DNA of 64,000 nt from Lingula anatina (GCA_051362555.1 CM120643.1:22262848-22326847); one strand, 5' to 3'. Positions 13,691 through 29,299 are shown, numbered from the stretch's first letter. Made by a program: numbers and translations. Notes: generated from the sequence alone by a model not told the origin.

Positions 13691-15700
13691 CCGGCTGCTT
13701 GTTTCTGCTACGCAAAAGAATCGTTAGTTATCATCTAGCCTATAGCTGTATTCATCACGAGTTTTAGGGGAATCCGCCCCTCCCCTGACCACGAGTGTCG
13801 GACTGCTGTGTACGTTAATCATCATGCATCTAGCTATAAATCACATCAACTCTGGGCATAGGTGGATCTGACATCAACCGTATGATACATGAGTCACTGT
13901 ATGTGTCTCAACCTCTGGGAAGCCATTTTCTTGCCAGATTTTTCGCTTTTTTTTAATACCCAGGATTTTGCTAGGTTTGAGAGTAACAAACACAAACATT
14001 TGCCCTGTTTTAGGCGCGAAGTCCAAAATCATATCTCAAAATGTGTTCCATACGGAATCTAAAGTACAGGTAATCTCTTTTCTTGCCTCTCAAAGTGAAG
14101 TGTTAGGCTGTCTTGGTACTGGTTTTACGCACAGTTTTGACTATAACCCTTTTAAGGTATGTCAACTATATTAATTTTATGTCAGTTGGTCGAGAAATAT
14201 TCTGACTGAAAAATACACTTTCTTATCTCGTCGACAGTACTTATGAACACAAAAATCCCTTTGGCGAAAACATCTTGGTCTTTGCTTGTCGTTTAGCACG
14301 CTAATCACATCGAAGCGCAAATTAAGACATCAACTCATTCCTGTCTATCAAGAGAACTCTGCCCGTTTAATCTGTCCTTATGTTATCAGCAATGAGAATC
14401 ATTTGATTAATTGGCTTCGGTTAATTCCTACCGGCCAATTAATCAATCAACATTAATTCAACCACTGCCCCAGTGAGAGCGCGTTCAGCCCTTTAAAATG
14501 CCTCACATGTCCGTCATGCATGCTTCCTGTGTGATGGACATTGATAAAGACTTATTGAAAACGTGTTGTCTATGAAAAGGGAAGCTCACTTATTGCCATC
14601 AATGTCAGTTCAAATTGTTCATCTCCCAGGGAAATTCCACTTAATTAGGTAAGCATCGATTTATGGCAGGTAAAAAGAGCAATATTCAATGTGCACCTGT
14701 CGAAGGATGTGCTAAAAGTTCAGCACTTCCATAGGCATTTCAGTAGGTTTTATCTTTATAAATAACTATACGGTTACTATTAAAGACGGTCTTTATGTCA
14801 TAACAGTAACTACAAATGCATACATCTATATTTCTATTATTCTGGTCGGAGAGGGTACCAAATAACGCCAAATTACGTCATTCGGTGAGAAAAGAGTAAG
14901 AAAAACAGCAAAATACCAGATTGCCGTATATCAGCAGGACGCAATTCTGAAATATCTTCATCATGCTTCCTCTCAAAATACATTGCTTGATTGATTTGAT
15001 CGGCTGATGACGCCAAAAAGTCTCAAACCAGTTTAACCTCCCAAAAGCTGTGTTGAATACTCCGTAGTGTCATTGAATGGGCGCATTGCATGCAGCAGCT
15101 AATAGGTCTCAATTCCTTCTGAAACCTCTCATCATCTCCTGTAAACTTCTTATACCACATATATGTATGAATATGACATTTTCATTTCGTACCAGATAGC
15201 TTCTGATCAATAATGTATAAAATGTGGAGCTAAGAGTACCAGCAGCACAGCTCTAAAAGCTCAAGTATTGCAATCAAATTAATAAAGCATGGTAAACATA
15301 TACATAATGAAAACCAAATTCTACATATAAACTTGTCTTCCCAGTCTTCAAAGTATGACCAGAAAAATCACAAAGGACTACTGGTATCACAACATGACAA
15401 CAATAATAGATATAGCTTAATTTGTACAAAACATATACCGAAATGGTTTAGAAACATTTCATCAGTTTATAATATTCAACCTCATGAGAAATTTGATGTA
15501 AAATTTTCAAAAAGTAGTTTAATCAGATCAATCTTGTCTTACAAATGTATGACTCCAACATTCATATTTTGAGAAACTCGTTTCTATAAATAAATGTATA
15601 TATACTAGTAAGTACACGGAGTTCACTTATATCTGGCGTGTGGCGACATGAACTGACACAAGCATAACATAGCATGACCTGTACGTGATAGACAACAAAA

Positions 15701-15702
<2 letters not shown>

Positions 15703-15785
<83 letters not shown>
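15703..15785. repeat. (AT)n microsatellite
   Basis: Read directly. Confidence 0.97.
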
Positions 15786-15786
<1 letters not shown>

Positions 15787-18700
15787 CAAATGCAATGAAG
15801 TGATAATATATATATACCTGTCTAAGTCAAGGGGGATGATACCCCGGTAGAACAAGTATATATAGATGCACAATCTGTGAAGCCCAACTTCACAAGGAGT
15901 AATATGATATGCAATCGATATGTAAGAAACCCTAAGATGCCTAAAAGAAGACATGCGCTTGTCCTTTGAACCAAAAAATCTGACATGCACTGTCTGCTGA
16001 GCAACGGTATCGTGAGGTTTAAGCTTACTTCCATTAGTTCTATATTAGAGCTAGATGGACAAGCTACAGTGTGCATGCTCTTTGCGGAACACTTTTTTTC
16101 TTGGACGTCTCCACCATCTATAGTAGTAGCTACAGAAACTTAACAATGAGCGATTGCTCACAATCGGAAGGTGTATAAATGATACACTAGCTGTCCTAAA
16201 CGTGCACTTTAACAGATCTGATTATCCCAGAATTTAACTTGATTAGCTTGATTAAATAAAACCCTGATCACCTACCTGCAGAGAGCGGCCTTTAATGCGT
16301 AACGCCAACGGTGAATCTACAGAGATATTGCAGGACTGTGGTATATTAGATCATTTGAGACGTTATTTGATTTATGCATTGAGCGTTAAAGGACGATCCA
16401 AAGGGTGAACTTAAATCTTCCTTTCTCATCCAAATAATCTGTACGCTAGAAATATATCGAAATAGATTACCCAGCCTATGAAATACATTTTAAAAAATCT
16501 GAATAGCACAAAAATGCGTTTCACAGCAATTGAAGCGACGGACGTGGAAGTCACGTGGTCTGAACCGCGTCGGGTTGTCAACGTGGGCCACGCTTTAGCT
16601 AAAGCGTCATACTGACGTTTGGAAAGGTTTAACACGTGCTATGTTTAACACGGACACCAAAAAGATATCAGTTATAAAATATCTTAACAAAAAAATCACA
16701 AACCGGTGCATGTATGCATTTGAATCGTGTTTTCAGAAAAAAACGAGGTTGGTTTAAACGTAACGAATTGACAGGCGTTTTATTTCTGACTTTGGATTTG
16801 TGGCTCTGGACGCGATTCTTGACTCCGACTTGTGCAAAAAAAAAAGCAGTTTTACCGACGTCAATAAACATATATTAGGCTTTAAGGTCAACAAAAAATT
16901 CAATGGTTTCGTCATCTAAAAAAATATTGTACTTTTGCCTCTTCAAATGGGACATGTTTATAGGCCTTAACAAAAACACATTTCCCTATCATTTCCTATT
17001 TCCTATTATTTCCAAAAACAATACTGTTACACTCGCAAACCTCAGGCGTGTCTCCTTATAGTAAGTAACAGTATTTGGATCGCTTGGGTCGCTTGTCACA
17101 ACTTGTGAAAACTATAGGTGTGTTCCATCAGGATCTCTCACATTTGGAGGCTGGGACAGTTTCGACTCCATCACTTGATAGCTGATTCTATTTAGATAAG
17201 GACGATGTAAAAAAAAATTCTCTCTTTTTTTTTTTTTTTTTTTTTTTTGGCTAAGAAACGACAGCAATGGATGATGTTTCGTAATGTTCCGTTGGAATAT
17301 TTCGTCATCTTTAGCAACAGTGTATGTACATATTTTTGGAATGGCTCGGTAGACACTTATTTTGGAAATACTGATTTATGGGCCTTTGACTTATGCAAAT
17401 TATGCAAGTGCTAAGCGGAAAATGGGAAAAGTAAGCTTGCCCTGTCCAATAAACGTAGTCTCAGCTCAAGTGAACGCTGATTTTAAAATACCTTGAGGGA
17501 AAGGTGTTGGCCACTGGCACGTCACAGACCACGTGCCTTCCAGACCTTGCGCAAAAGGAGCATTTTCTAAACTCGTTATCTACAAAGCTACACTCAAGTC
17601 TTATATTATAATATGGAAATCGATAGTTCAGCTAGTTTCCTAAATACTGTCCATCGTTCAAGCCATTTTATTATTAATTCGGTTCTCCTTTAATAAACGA
17701 CTGGCCTGTATAACCTTAACCAATGGTCAAAGGGGAATCAAAAAGTACAAAGGTGTGCCTGCATTTGATCATCTGAGGACATGTAATGAGATGTTATCCT
17801 TAATGAAAAACGATTATATGCCTTAAGTCATTGGTTATTTCATCGAGGCCTCTTGGACACATGTTAAAATGTGACACGTTTGATCATCAAAAAAACTCGA
17901 TTGAATGAGAAAATTTAACCTTATTATTATACTTCACTGACACCTCCTGATAAGTGATGGTTCTCATTAGTTATAAGGCTACTTACTATGGTTTAAAGCA
18001 TTTTGATTTTACCGTTTTAATTATATATATTCTATGTAATTATTTTACAAAAGCACTTCATTGAAACCAATTTCTTTGTTCTACCCTTGTATGAGTCTTG
18101 CATTTCATTCAAAGTACCTTCGTACTTGAAATCGTGGACCCGCCCTACCTGTCATCCTTCAAATGGATTGGAATCGTCCCTCTCGTCCCTCTTAATAACA
18201 TTTGAAGTCATTAAGTCATTCGGAACTAATCACTTAAAGGAACGACTCAATCTGAGAAAAGTTATCAGATACTTTAAAAGTTAATTGAGAGTCAAGCTCT
18301 GATGCCAAAAGACATAAAACTTGCACATTGGACAGGGTTCAAACGTCAGTAGAAACTTGAATCTTTTATAACTTTCGATAGAAGATAAGTAAATTAGATC
18401 AAAGCATCTTTATGTTTAAGCACTCAGGATAAAGGGTAAAAGAATTCCGGGGCCTACTCTGAAAACGAAGCGATGCAACTGCCTGCTTTGAATGCATTGG
18501 TATTATAGTGTCATACCAGTGTACCAAGCACTAGGGTGGACAATGTTTAAAGTCCGGACAATATACAATTTCACCTGAACAAAATTGCAACGGAATACAT
18601 TATTCCACTACGCATTTTCATGGAGTCTCCCAACAATATAGTAAAAGCCCCAAAGAATCCCTACATTAAAGGCATGAAATATCCAACATGGCCGCCAATT

Positions 18701-20190
18701 GCCAGAGAAAAATATATGTCCCAGCTGGCACTATACATGAACTTACCCCTCAACCCCTTTACCAAAACAAAATGGCAGTTTCAGTCGCCCTACCATAAAA
18801 GAGTTGTTCTCAGGCTTGCACCATATTTTCCCAATATTTCTTTGAAGATGTGGGTTTCAAGGAGAAGACAGGGGGACATTGCCATTTCTCGGCAATCTAG
18901 ATCATCCAATCATCAACGCATATGCTGGTTTGCTTTCATGGCATTCCTGAACGAAACAAATGTGTATTTCTGCATACCTGTGGCCTTTTTTTACCCATTG
19001 CCTACAATATCGATTAATGACCGAAATCCACGCATGTACATGTACAAGCACCTGTGGGCAAATCGATAGCAGTCTCTGTTAAACACATTTAACGGGACTA
19101 ATTGATTTAATTTGCGATAAAAAATGTATGAAAAAAGGCACTTACAGCAATTAAAGCTGCGTTCGCGCACTTGACCAGTCGGAGGCACATTAAATAGCCA
19201 GTTCTTAATGAAAGACGGCATTTGACACAACAACGGAAATGCCGGTGTGTATATCGCTATCATATTGGACCTAATTTACGGCAAGCTGTGAACTAATTGG
19301 ATGGGAAAGCAATAGCCTATTAGAGATCTCGCAGAATGCGTGTAATAGCACGGGAAACGCGATGCGGGTTTCTAATGGGAGTCTAAACAACCCAGTAAGC
19401 TTGTTGACCATTTTCACAAATCACAGTTGTGCTTATGCCAGCATATATCGAGATGTAATTACTGTACCAGCTAATCAAATGGGTTCAGTTCATGTGAACA
19501 TGATGTTTTTATTGCCATTTTGTTTTATTCGTATTTCATAAGATTTTCTTTTTATTCTAATCTATATTATTTGTCTCTCTGTTTTCATTCTATTTCTTTA
19601 TTTTTGTTGCTATTATTATCCTTAAGACGGTAAGGCTTGGTTTCGATCTGCGGTTATGTACGTCATACACAAATGTTTTCCCTGTAGTTTCTTCTCTTCA
19701 GCCCACTTATACCGTTACATTTAATCGTCCTTTCTACAAATTATTATTATCTGCTCGTTATCTACGCTGTAGTCTTTTCGCACAGCACCCAGGCTGCGCG
19801 GCTTACTTATACTGTTATATCTACTCGCCCTATCTAAAAACTGGTATTAGTTGTTTATTCTCACGCTTCTGCGAGAGCTACCAATACGCTTATATTATTA
19901 AAGAAGCGTCTACAATACATTTTATGACTATACGTAACGTTTGATTATCTGTACATGCAGACGCCGTCATTTCGCGTAAATATTTAAATATACACATGAG
20001 AGCACTATACACCATCTTCATCTATTAACAACTCCTTTTCCAAGAGCCATTTGTGATCCAAACACAGATAAAACCCGTTGGGGGGGGGGGGGCGTATACA
20101 TGTACTGACATTTACAGGCGTCGTAATGTATGTCCTCTTCGCGTGCAGATGTAAAAGTAGGCTCAGATTACTGATGTCTTTTGAATACAT

Positions 20191-20400
20191 GTACCTCCGC
20201 CAAGTACAGGTACTTTGTTTTTCACCTCAGTTTGTTTGTTTGTCAACAGCCTAACTCAAAATAGTTGAGGATGGATTTCGATGAAATTTTCAGGATGCAT
20301 CAGAAATGGCCTAATTTAAAGTGGTTATATTTTAGTAATGACTCGTGATGCGGACCACCATCATCTAGATCCAACATTATTTAAAGGATTTTCTTTTAAG
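20191..20400 (+). mobile_element. Helentron-associated (HINE/DINE-1-like) element fragment
   Basis: tacctccgccaag...tgtttt...gtttgtttgtttgtc...ggatttcgatgaaattttcagg matches the commonly seen HINE 5' layout with a GTYT microsatellite; a related inverted fragment lies at ~38200-38380. Confidence 0.5.
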
Positions 20401-22208
20401 GATCTTCGAGATATCAGGCGATTAGACTGGCCGGCATTGAAATAATCAGGGTTGACCAATAGTACTCTATCAAAAATGTGTGTAAAATTCCAATCCAAAA
20501 GCCTGTGAACGTATTGCTATTTGAAAGTAGTTATGTTTTTTGTCCCCACCCCCCAACCTATGAGAAATATATAGTACAGCTCGTTTTCACAATCACGGCA
20601 CGTCTCTCATTAAAGAAGTCGACTATTCTTACACCCTGGCACCTAGATCTCGAGAACAAATACATCGTGTCACGAGTGAATGCGAGCTACATTGTTCACC
20701 ATGTCAGGGTGTTTTGTTCTTGATATCTATGTGGTAAAAGTCAGATACACCACTTATCAGCATCTATACTCATGTGTGTACCCGCATCATATACTCCTAG
20801 CCGACTCGTGGCATTTTTATATCCTATCCAACGAGTAATAAAACCCAATTCACACATGAGAAAGGGTGATGGTGCTTTCAAAACCATTAGATCTTTTTTA
20901 CTGACAACAATATAAACGATTCGGTGGATGTGCGCTGACAGTTTGAAATGCAAGCTCCGTCTCACAATGATTAATTTATAAATTAAAACTAACACATGTA
21001 TTCCTTTTACGTTTAAACATTTTCCATTAGTCTGACAGCAGAAAATAGAAAAGGATGCTACTGACCCTTGTGTGGGGGACTACCCGTTTGTTTGCACTTG
21101 CTTACTACTAGTACCAGCATATCAACACTGTATAACTACAGGTACCTTCGTAAGAAAACCGTGGATATTCTATGTATTCAAACATCGATTTTTTATAAAG
21201 TGTAGTATTTCTCTCTTGAAATATTTGCTGTCGCCATAAGTTGACATGGGTAAAACTTTGGAGATACTTACAGGTAAGGTCCAGAGGACCCGCACTACAA
21301 GAAATCTGCAGGTGTTCCCAATTCGGTGTAGGACCAAACAAGGACTTGTGACATTACAAGCCCATGGTCTAAATGAAGATTTTTTCTGTTAGTCTATTTT
21401 TACTTGTGAATTGTTTTTATGTTTTGTATTTTCACAAAAACCTTGCCAGTCCTGACAATCTTCGGTACTCTGTCATTTAAAGCGGTCATGACCCGTTGAA
21501 AACAGGTTTCCCCCAAGTCTCCATAAATAAAATATTGAAGGTGACATTGGCATTCTATCTGTATTTATGCATTTTTTATATATAGTTGTAGGTGAACTTT
21601 AAAGTAATCTGTATTGCTTTAGTAACAAACGACAGATGTTTTATGCGGGAGGGATTGTTGAACTTCATTTTATAGCGGGCTTGAATATTTCAGGTATATT
21701 TGCTGATGATCATTTGCTATTTATCTTTCTTTATACATTACGGTTTAATGATTATCTTTTGCCTTTTGCCTTTTGCCTTCAAATTAAAATGCAATTATTA
21801 GAGTTGGCTAGAATTTCCAATGGATACAATTACACCTGTCCTTACACGTGATGCAGCATAACGACAGTATAAATGAAAACTCTCTATCTCTCTCTCTCTC
21901 TCTCTCTCATTCTGATTACCGTCAAATGTATAAAATTTTTATAAATCCTGTATCAACGCACGGTTAATTCTCATATGCATATATACATACCTTATATCTT
22001 ATGAGTCCCCCGCACCTTGTCTTTGTATCTCCGGCTCCAGCTGAGCTTACTGCTTCCAATCAAGGCTACCATAGAATAGATACACGGCAAAGTTCAGTCT
22101 TCAGTCACCTGTCATGTGACATCCGTTATTTACTCGATCTACCTGCATAATTACCGTTACCCCATGCTCCACATGACTCTTCCTACAGCGCCCTCTGTGT
22201 GAATTAAT

Positions 22209-22375
22209 GGCCGCATTCAGAACGGTGGACTATTGGTCCGCGGGTCAAATATGGCGACCCACTAAAAAGTGTGCCGTCTAATCCGGCACTGAATGGATTC
22301 CCCGTGGGAGAGTATTCAAGTGGGTCGGCCATATTTGACCCTCGGATAAGTTAGTCCACTGTTCTGAATGTGGCC
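22209..22375. mobile_element. MITE (GGCC termini, PIF/Harbinger-like)
   Basis: ggccgcattcagaacggtggacta...gggtcaaatatggcgacccact pairs with agtgggtcggccatatttgaccc...tagtccactgttctgaatgtggcc. Confidence 0.65.
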
Positions 22376-23989
22376 AATGATGATCAAAAATGATAGGAAG
22401 CAGTTTTAATTCAGTGCCTATTAATTCAACCCTTTCACGGAGAGATAGAGTACTTAGATTAACCGCTTCTCTCTGGTCAATATAAAAAGGGCCTTTGATT
22501 TAATAAAGCTTTATCCGTTTTGCCTGCTTGGTTGAACAATAAGTAAATGTGAAACTTACAAATGGACCGCGTTCAGCGATGTGACGCCGAGGGAAGATTT
22601 CGGGATTGCCCTGTTTCGAAAGGTGTCACAGATTTACGTCACTTTTAAGTGCATGTTGACCTCGCATGCTTGGCCTCGCACTACGTATTGTTCACCCTTG
22701 GATGACAGATGATATACTAACTGGGAGTTCTTACAGTACTTTAAATCATTTTTCAACCCATACTGTGACTGCATAAAACCCATATACCTTCGCAAGCTGT
22801 GCAGGGGTGCATCCAGGCAAAAACACAAACCGAACCGGATAAAATGCCGCCACAAGGCGTCAGTCGTACCAGTAATTTCTTTATGAAACCATATTTGCTG
22901 TGAAATTTCTGTGCTCAGGTCGTTTTTTTTTTCACTTATTAATTAGATCAATTAGATTGAACACCCAGTGACGTCATCCAGATTAAAACCGGTTTAATTC
23001 AAGGTCTTCTGAAGGTACCTCATCAGAAATGGCAGTTAACGAAGCTTGCAGGGCTTTTCCTGAACCCGCTGTGAATCTGTAGTCCTTTAGTTTGATACAT
23101 TACCTGAAAAATTATAAGCGAAACCTGCTCATCTCCTGGTTTTTATACTGGTAAAAATAGCAGAGTTCCTAGGTTATTTAGCGATCGTACGTTAGAATTT
23201 TAGTTTCAGTCGATAATAATCTGATATTATCTTTTATTTATCATATTTATATTAGACTTTGACAAAAAATATTTTTCGACTGCCACCTGTCGGCAGTAAA
23301 CACCAGGGTTAAACGTCATTTTGACCACTCCTTCAACAATTGGTCAAACAAGGTCAATGACTGCCTCAAGATAATATAAAGTTAGCAAACGATGCAATAC
23401 TGGCCATTCACAGAGCATTGTACTGTATGACATCAACAATCGCCTTTGCAAGCGCAGCTGGTCCCTAGAACATGCACCCAGAACATCTTCACTCCATTCG
23501 TTCTCTTTCATTTTAAATGAAGCCTGTCTTTTCGTATATTTATAATAATTCCACCAGCAGGTGTGAACGAACTAAAGGTCATTGCCTTTATATACCCATG
23601 ACATTCCCTGTCACGTAAGCGCGTGGCGTCTATTCGATATGGGCGTTTCCAAACAAATAATGAAAGTCACGCAATGAACGTTAGACCTTTATATAATAAA
23701 ATATATGAGAAATTTAAACACATTTTGCAAATACTATATTCAAAACCGTTGAAGAAAGTACGATGGGTAACAGATGTCACACCCATACTGTCTTTTTCGT
23801 TGGTGGTACATGTAAGCCCCGTGCATATTCTAATTAGTTGACTAGTGAATAGTTGCCGCATCTTACGATCTAATGGTACAGGATAACAAAGAGCAACAAA
23901 GAACGAAAGAAAGAACAACAAAGAACGTGTACACCTCTTGTAAAAATTTCACTCTAATCAAAGGCTTGCTTATTGAGGAAACTGTCATT

Positions 23990-24024
23990 TTAAAAGTGTT
24001 GCTTAATTTTTGAGCATCAGTGTA
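23990..24024. mobile_element. Solo Tc1-like terminal inverted repeat
   Basis: Reverse complement reads TA|CACTGATGCTCAAAAATTAAGCAACAC, resembling Tc1-family TIRs with a TA target. Confidence 0.4.
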
Positions 24025-26713
24025 CATGTATGGTGTACCCTGTACATAAAAGACGGATAGCCTCCAATCTGAGAGAAAAGTATGACAAATGAAAGGGAAG
24101 GCATATTTACGCTTTCAGGACTATTTCTAGCGTTTAAATCGCATTTCAATTACGCTATGATCATCAATTAGCTGTAAAAAATTCACTAAAATCTGCAGAC
24201 CCATTATTTTATAAATCCCTCAGCGAAAATCTTCAATCATGATTAAAGGCATCACATAATTCTCTAATTCACAAGTTACTTGGGTTGTTGCCCCCCTCCA
24301 CCACGTTGGTGGATATCGGTAACTCAGAAGTACAGATATTAATAAGAGGCGCGAGCTTTTCATGACAGCGTCTTCTATTTTCTTAGATTGATTCTTGGAA
24401 TTACATTCAAAATGCATTATCATTAATATCCATCAAAACGATGACGACCACGATTACAAAATAAGGCAATGGTAATCACACCATTACTAGTATCGGGAAA
24501 TGAACGTAATGCTATACTAATAACAACCATAATGACACATATCAATAGTCAGAATGAGAGTCCCTGTAAAAATGAACGGTTCAGAGGTCAGATAAGAACT
24601 ACTGTCAAAGTCGGCCATTCATCTTTTTGAAAACTAGGGCGTGGGAGGAAAGAGATGGCGTTGATGGATGCGTTCAGGAACTGCATATGAAAAAAATTAC
24701 CAGGTGCATCCTACGGACCAAAGTGGACCAATTTAATTTAATTTAGTGGTCTTCGGCCACATCAAAGTGGACAACATCAAAGGTACACCCTGAACGGCTT
24801 CTCTAGCAATGTCTGGCCTGCCTGTAGATTTAACCAAAGAGATGAATATTCTTTTAATCTCTTTGATTTAACCAAGAGTATTATTTCATCAAGTTTTTCG
24901 TTTTTTCATGTTCTCGCCAATAAACCTCACACTTTTTTATTAGTTTTTCCTTTCTATATTGAACAATGAAGGAAAATGAACGACATTTTTGTTATTGATA
25001 CCAGCTGAAGGTTTTGCCACAAAGTATTGTTAGAGGTATATTGACTGGAGTATAACATGAACCCTGACATTATACGCATTATAAGTTGCAGTCAACTTCA
25101 AATTCTGGTAAGTTTGTACTTGAAGCATAAGATTTACTTCATAAATTTCCTTGACCTCCGCCAAACCCCTCGGCGTATCACACTTATTTTTATTAACTAG
25201 ATTGGGATGTACGGACCTTTGCCCTCTTTCAGCGAACGGTAATCATTGCTTGACATTTAAGCAGTTGCTTTTACCTGGAAAGATGCCTTGGGAATGCTGT
25301 CCATAACCCAACCATGGGAGGAAAACCAACTTAACAACAACTCAGCCATCTTCCGAAAACGCACACAAGTCCCTCGCTAGCACCAGTAATGAAAACAACC
25401 GGTATTAAAGAATATCAAATGAGTGTTGTGATGATGGCAATTCTCTGAAGTGCAAAACCATGGGGATTCATTGCAGGCATGTGAAGTAAATGGAAATTGA
25501 ACAAAGCCCTTCTGAATACCAGTGCCTATATTGGGTATTTTTCCTACTAGTTTGAGAAAATTAAAGAAAAATCTCAAGGGTATCGCTTAATACAAATAAT
25601 GCAATTATCTATCGGTCTGTGACAGTATTGCGTATATGTTCTCACACTTATAGAACTTTTTGTCATTTACATCTTTATTTAATCATGGTTAGATTAACTT
25701 AGAGTGCTGACGCTAAGTACGTACACATGTTGGTAGTTATTAAGGTAACAATGTAAGGTGGGTATAAATTGCAGAGGATTTAATTTAATAACAATATATT
25801 CATGTACATAGTGGCGATTTCAAAGAGATGTCTATAATTGCATGCATTCTCTTTCTTCTACACTTCTGTAAAGCTTCGGTCACTCAATAGCACCGTTTTT
25901 TAAATCTATCTATATATTCCTTTATTTTAATTTTTTTCATTTTTCAATTTGTTTTATATTTTTTATTCTGTTTTTTTACACAAGTCGGATCAGCATCTCT
26001 ACAAGATCTAGACGGGCATATTTTGCGCCATTTTCTGCAGTGAAATTGTTAGAATAAACCATGCACTGGTCAACACTTTCGTGAGATCGGCATGATGTGA
26101 TGTCCTCCGCACAGGTTATCTTAATGTTTCTGCGCTTTCTCTCTTGAGAAGGAAGGAAAGACTTTTTAATGGATCAAATAAAGCTTCTTCAAGACTATGA
26201 AAAGGTTTCGTTATTTGCAGTCTGTTCAATGCCCTCCCGTGGAAATCGTATATTAGGAATGCAACGCAGTCCAATAGAGTTCAGTATAGTGAATCAAGGC
26301 GCGTTTACAACAAAGGTAAGTCGACACATCTTGATGCGACCTTTTTCAATGGCCGACCTTATTTGGTGATTTACAATTATATAGTCTCGCCGTGCATTGC
26401 GGTAGATTATAACTTTTGGTTTGAAATAATAGCAATCACAGCCTGCCTTTGGTGTTAGTTTTACATAAGCGCTAAAGCCCGACAATGAGTCTAAACATAT
26501 CAACTAAAAATATTTTATGAAAATCCATTTGAATAAAATATTTGTCTAAAAGACTGGTCATGTATTTCCTTTCTAAATCAGGCGCAGCATTTCATTCGAT
26601 GGGACCAATTCTGATTTCCCTACAGACTCAAATATCCGTTTAAAGATTTAGACCAGTCTTGGGTTCTTTTGTGAAGGTTCGACCTGTAAACGCGGTAATG
26701 GTCTCTAAGGGCG

Positions 26714-26940
26714 AATTCAGATTCATGCATCATATTAGCTGGGTCGGTCCAACTCTTCAGAGATCCTCGGTAAAGTGCAATCAGTTGAATCAGCTTAATC
26801 AGCACACAATAGTTGATTAACCCCTAGCTGCTCGAGGAGGCGTGTGAGACGATCGATATAGCTGATTCCACTGATTGCACTTTAGTGAGGATCCCTATTA
26901 GAATTGGACAGACCCAGCTAGTGCGATGTGTGAATCTGAA
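26714..26940. mobile_element. Foldback MITE family A, copy 2
   Basis: ttcagattca...tagctgggtcggtccaact...aaagtgcaatcag pairs with ctgattgcacttt...aattggacagacccagcta...tgaatctgaa. Confidence 0.6.
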
Positions 26941-29079
26941 TGCGGTCAGAGATTCATTTAACGTCACAGCTGAAGTCCTATAATTATTCCCTTATCCCAA
27001 AGCCCTGTTACCTATCAGAAAAAAGCTTGGTTCTATGTACTTGTATAAACATAACATGTCGGGTATATGCTAAAAACAAATAGGGATATTTGCATCTGAG
27101 GGTTAAACATGTAGAAACACTAGTATATAATTTAGGTGGTAACAAATTATTTTTAATGACTATACATACATATCAACGTGTGTATCAAAAGAAACATAGA
27201 ATAAATCACACCGCTTAAATCTGTATGTACAGAACGTGTGGTACATATAAACTTGAAATAGGCACGCAACTAATTGCACAGGAGTCAATACAGACATCCG
27301 GTCTTTTAATGACACTGTTTGAAGTTTAATGGCATCAAATTATACTGTGTTTGACACCAAAGGCATTTTAAACGACCTTCCATTCCGAAAAAAAAATGAT
27401 TCTGACAAGAATCAGACATTTCCATGCTTCGCGTCAAGAAAGAATCATCAATAATGAAGCAATATTTCCAATCCATTTCCCTACATAAATGGTGATGTGT
27501 AACCTTTATGTGATATTGTTGATTTCAATTCAGACACAAATTATAGACAACTTGCAAAAGTTAGAATATTTCATTTAGTACAGTTATATGCTTATTGCAG
27601 TGTCTATCTTTTTTTTTTTTTTTTTTTTTTTTTTTGCCAAATCAATTTTTAAAATTACCCAAAGATTCTATAAAGGATGGTCTTGTCCTAACAACAAACA
27701 TACACGTTTATGTAAATACATATCTGGACCAGGAACAATGGTTTTATGAAAAAGACGTAATATAAACATTTATAACAAAAATGTCCTTTTACCTCGAATG
27801 GATCTTAGCGCTGATGCGGTAATCTAATTCTGGTCATGTTCAAGTTCTGTTCCACAAAAAAGAAAAGTATAGTCAACTACGCTATATGGACCGATAAAAG
27901 TTTCTGTGCAATTTCTCATCAATTCCTAGCTTGCATTTGCCATTTTAAATACTTCTCAATCAGGAACCAAACCACCATGAAGTACGCAAAACCTCAGTCG
28001 CTTCAACAAAGCCATACAGATGATATGCAAAAAAGGGTTTTGGCCACTGATGCTCTTTACCATGGTTTCTCTATTATTACATTGGATTTGTACTTGAAAT
28101 GTATGGATCACTTGTATGTCACGATGGCCAACGATGCCGAGACAGTTGTCAAAGGTTCATTTCTCTTAGAAAAATCGTAATTGCTGTGAATTGAAGAGAA
28201 GTTTGCAGTTGCCTGATCTCTCCCAACAACTGATTGTCATCTACGTACAATGTCCGTACTTGCCTGTCCTGGGATTTGCATTACGGTAAATCTTCGAAAG
28301 TTTATAACACCAACAATGATTCCAATGTCTTTTTTTCCAAGATTTATCATATCTGCTACTTGCAAAAGCATACATTCTCATCTTAGCGCTACTCGCCTTT
28401 CAAAAATTCACTCGCCTTTCAAACATTCAAAGTTGTTCTTTTTTTTAATATTTCAAACAGAATATTTGAGAAACAATTTGAGAAAGAAATGATTGCTGTC
28501 TGATGACGTTCTCTTCCACCTCAGATGCTCAATACTATTTCTCAGCGTTGCAACTATTACAGATCGCAGTATGATAAAAAAAGCAATCTATTTATCTGGG
28601 GGTTAACTCGCCGATAGATTGCTATTTCATCGATACTGGTAATGGTATTGAACATTCATCCGACGATAGGGCAGTGTGAAGATTCTGATTAAGATCTTGT
28701 ATGAGTCTTGCTCTGTTCATGATGAAATAAATCGTCTGTTCTCCTCACTTGAAAGATATCGAGCTTCTAAAGGCCAGTCCCATTCATCTTAAAAAACTGA
28801 TTGAAGTTTGTGCCGCGTGAACCCTCGTTGGTTTCATGTGTCTAATTAAAGATTTTCACAGATCGTATGCTTATAAACAAATTGATGGCTATTTGTAGAC
28901 TAATGCCTTGTATTCAAAAATGATTGATCGAGTAAACATTTGTTTTTCCGCTTTATTGCAAAGGCGATCAAGACATGTGAAAGGAGTTCGATTACAGTAT
29001 AACCAATGCACGGCCATTGAAAGGAATGGCGACAAACATATAACGGTTGATATTCGTATACAAGCCATTTATAGTGAAC

Positions 29080-29114
<35 letters not shown>

Positions 29115-29299
29115 TTTTTGTTTCATTTTCTTTTCCACTGTCTTTCTCGGTATTTGTTATCTCCTGATGAAAGGCTGAAAGACGCCATTATATAATTTTA
29201 TTTCTAATTTTAACTAATAAATCACTTATTCTGAATGGGACCATAGGTGTTTGCAGTCGCACGTTATTTTTCTTCTGCACGTGTTTTGACTTAAAGCCT

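Noticed and set aside
15562-15990. 142-aa ORF with YI repeats
   Set aside because: Produced by the (AT)n microsatellite.
18620-19069. 149-aa ORF
   Set aside because: No recognisable domain, splice context or codon pattern; likely chance or repeat-derived.
27800-28850. Coding-like composition; a faint resemblance to a Mab-21/cGAS-like C-terminus on the minus strand was considered
   Set aside because: The resemblance needs frame switching, the minus-strand frames examined have stops and no diagnostic motif is present. It may be an ancient TE; a translated search is needed.
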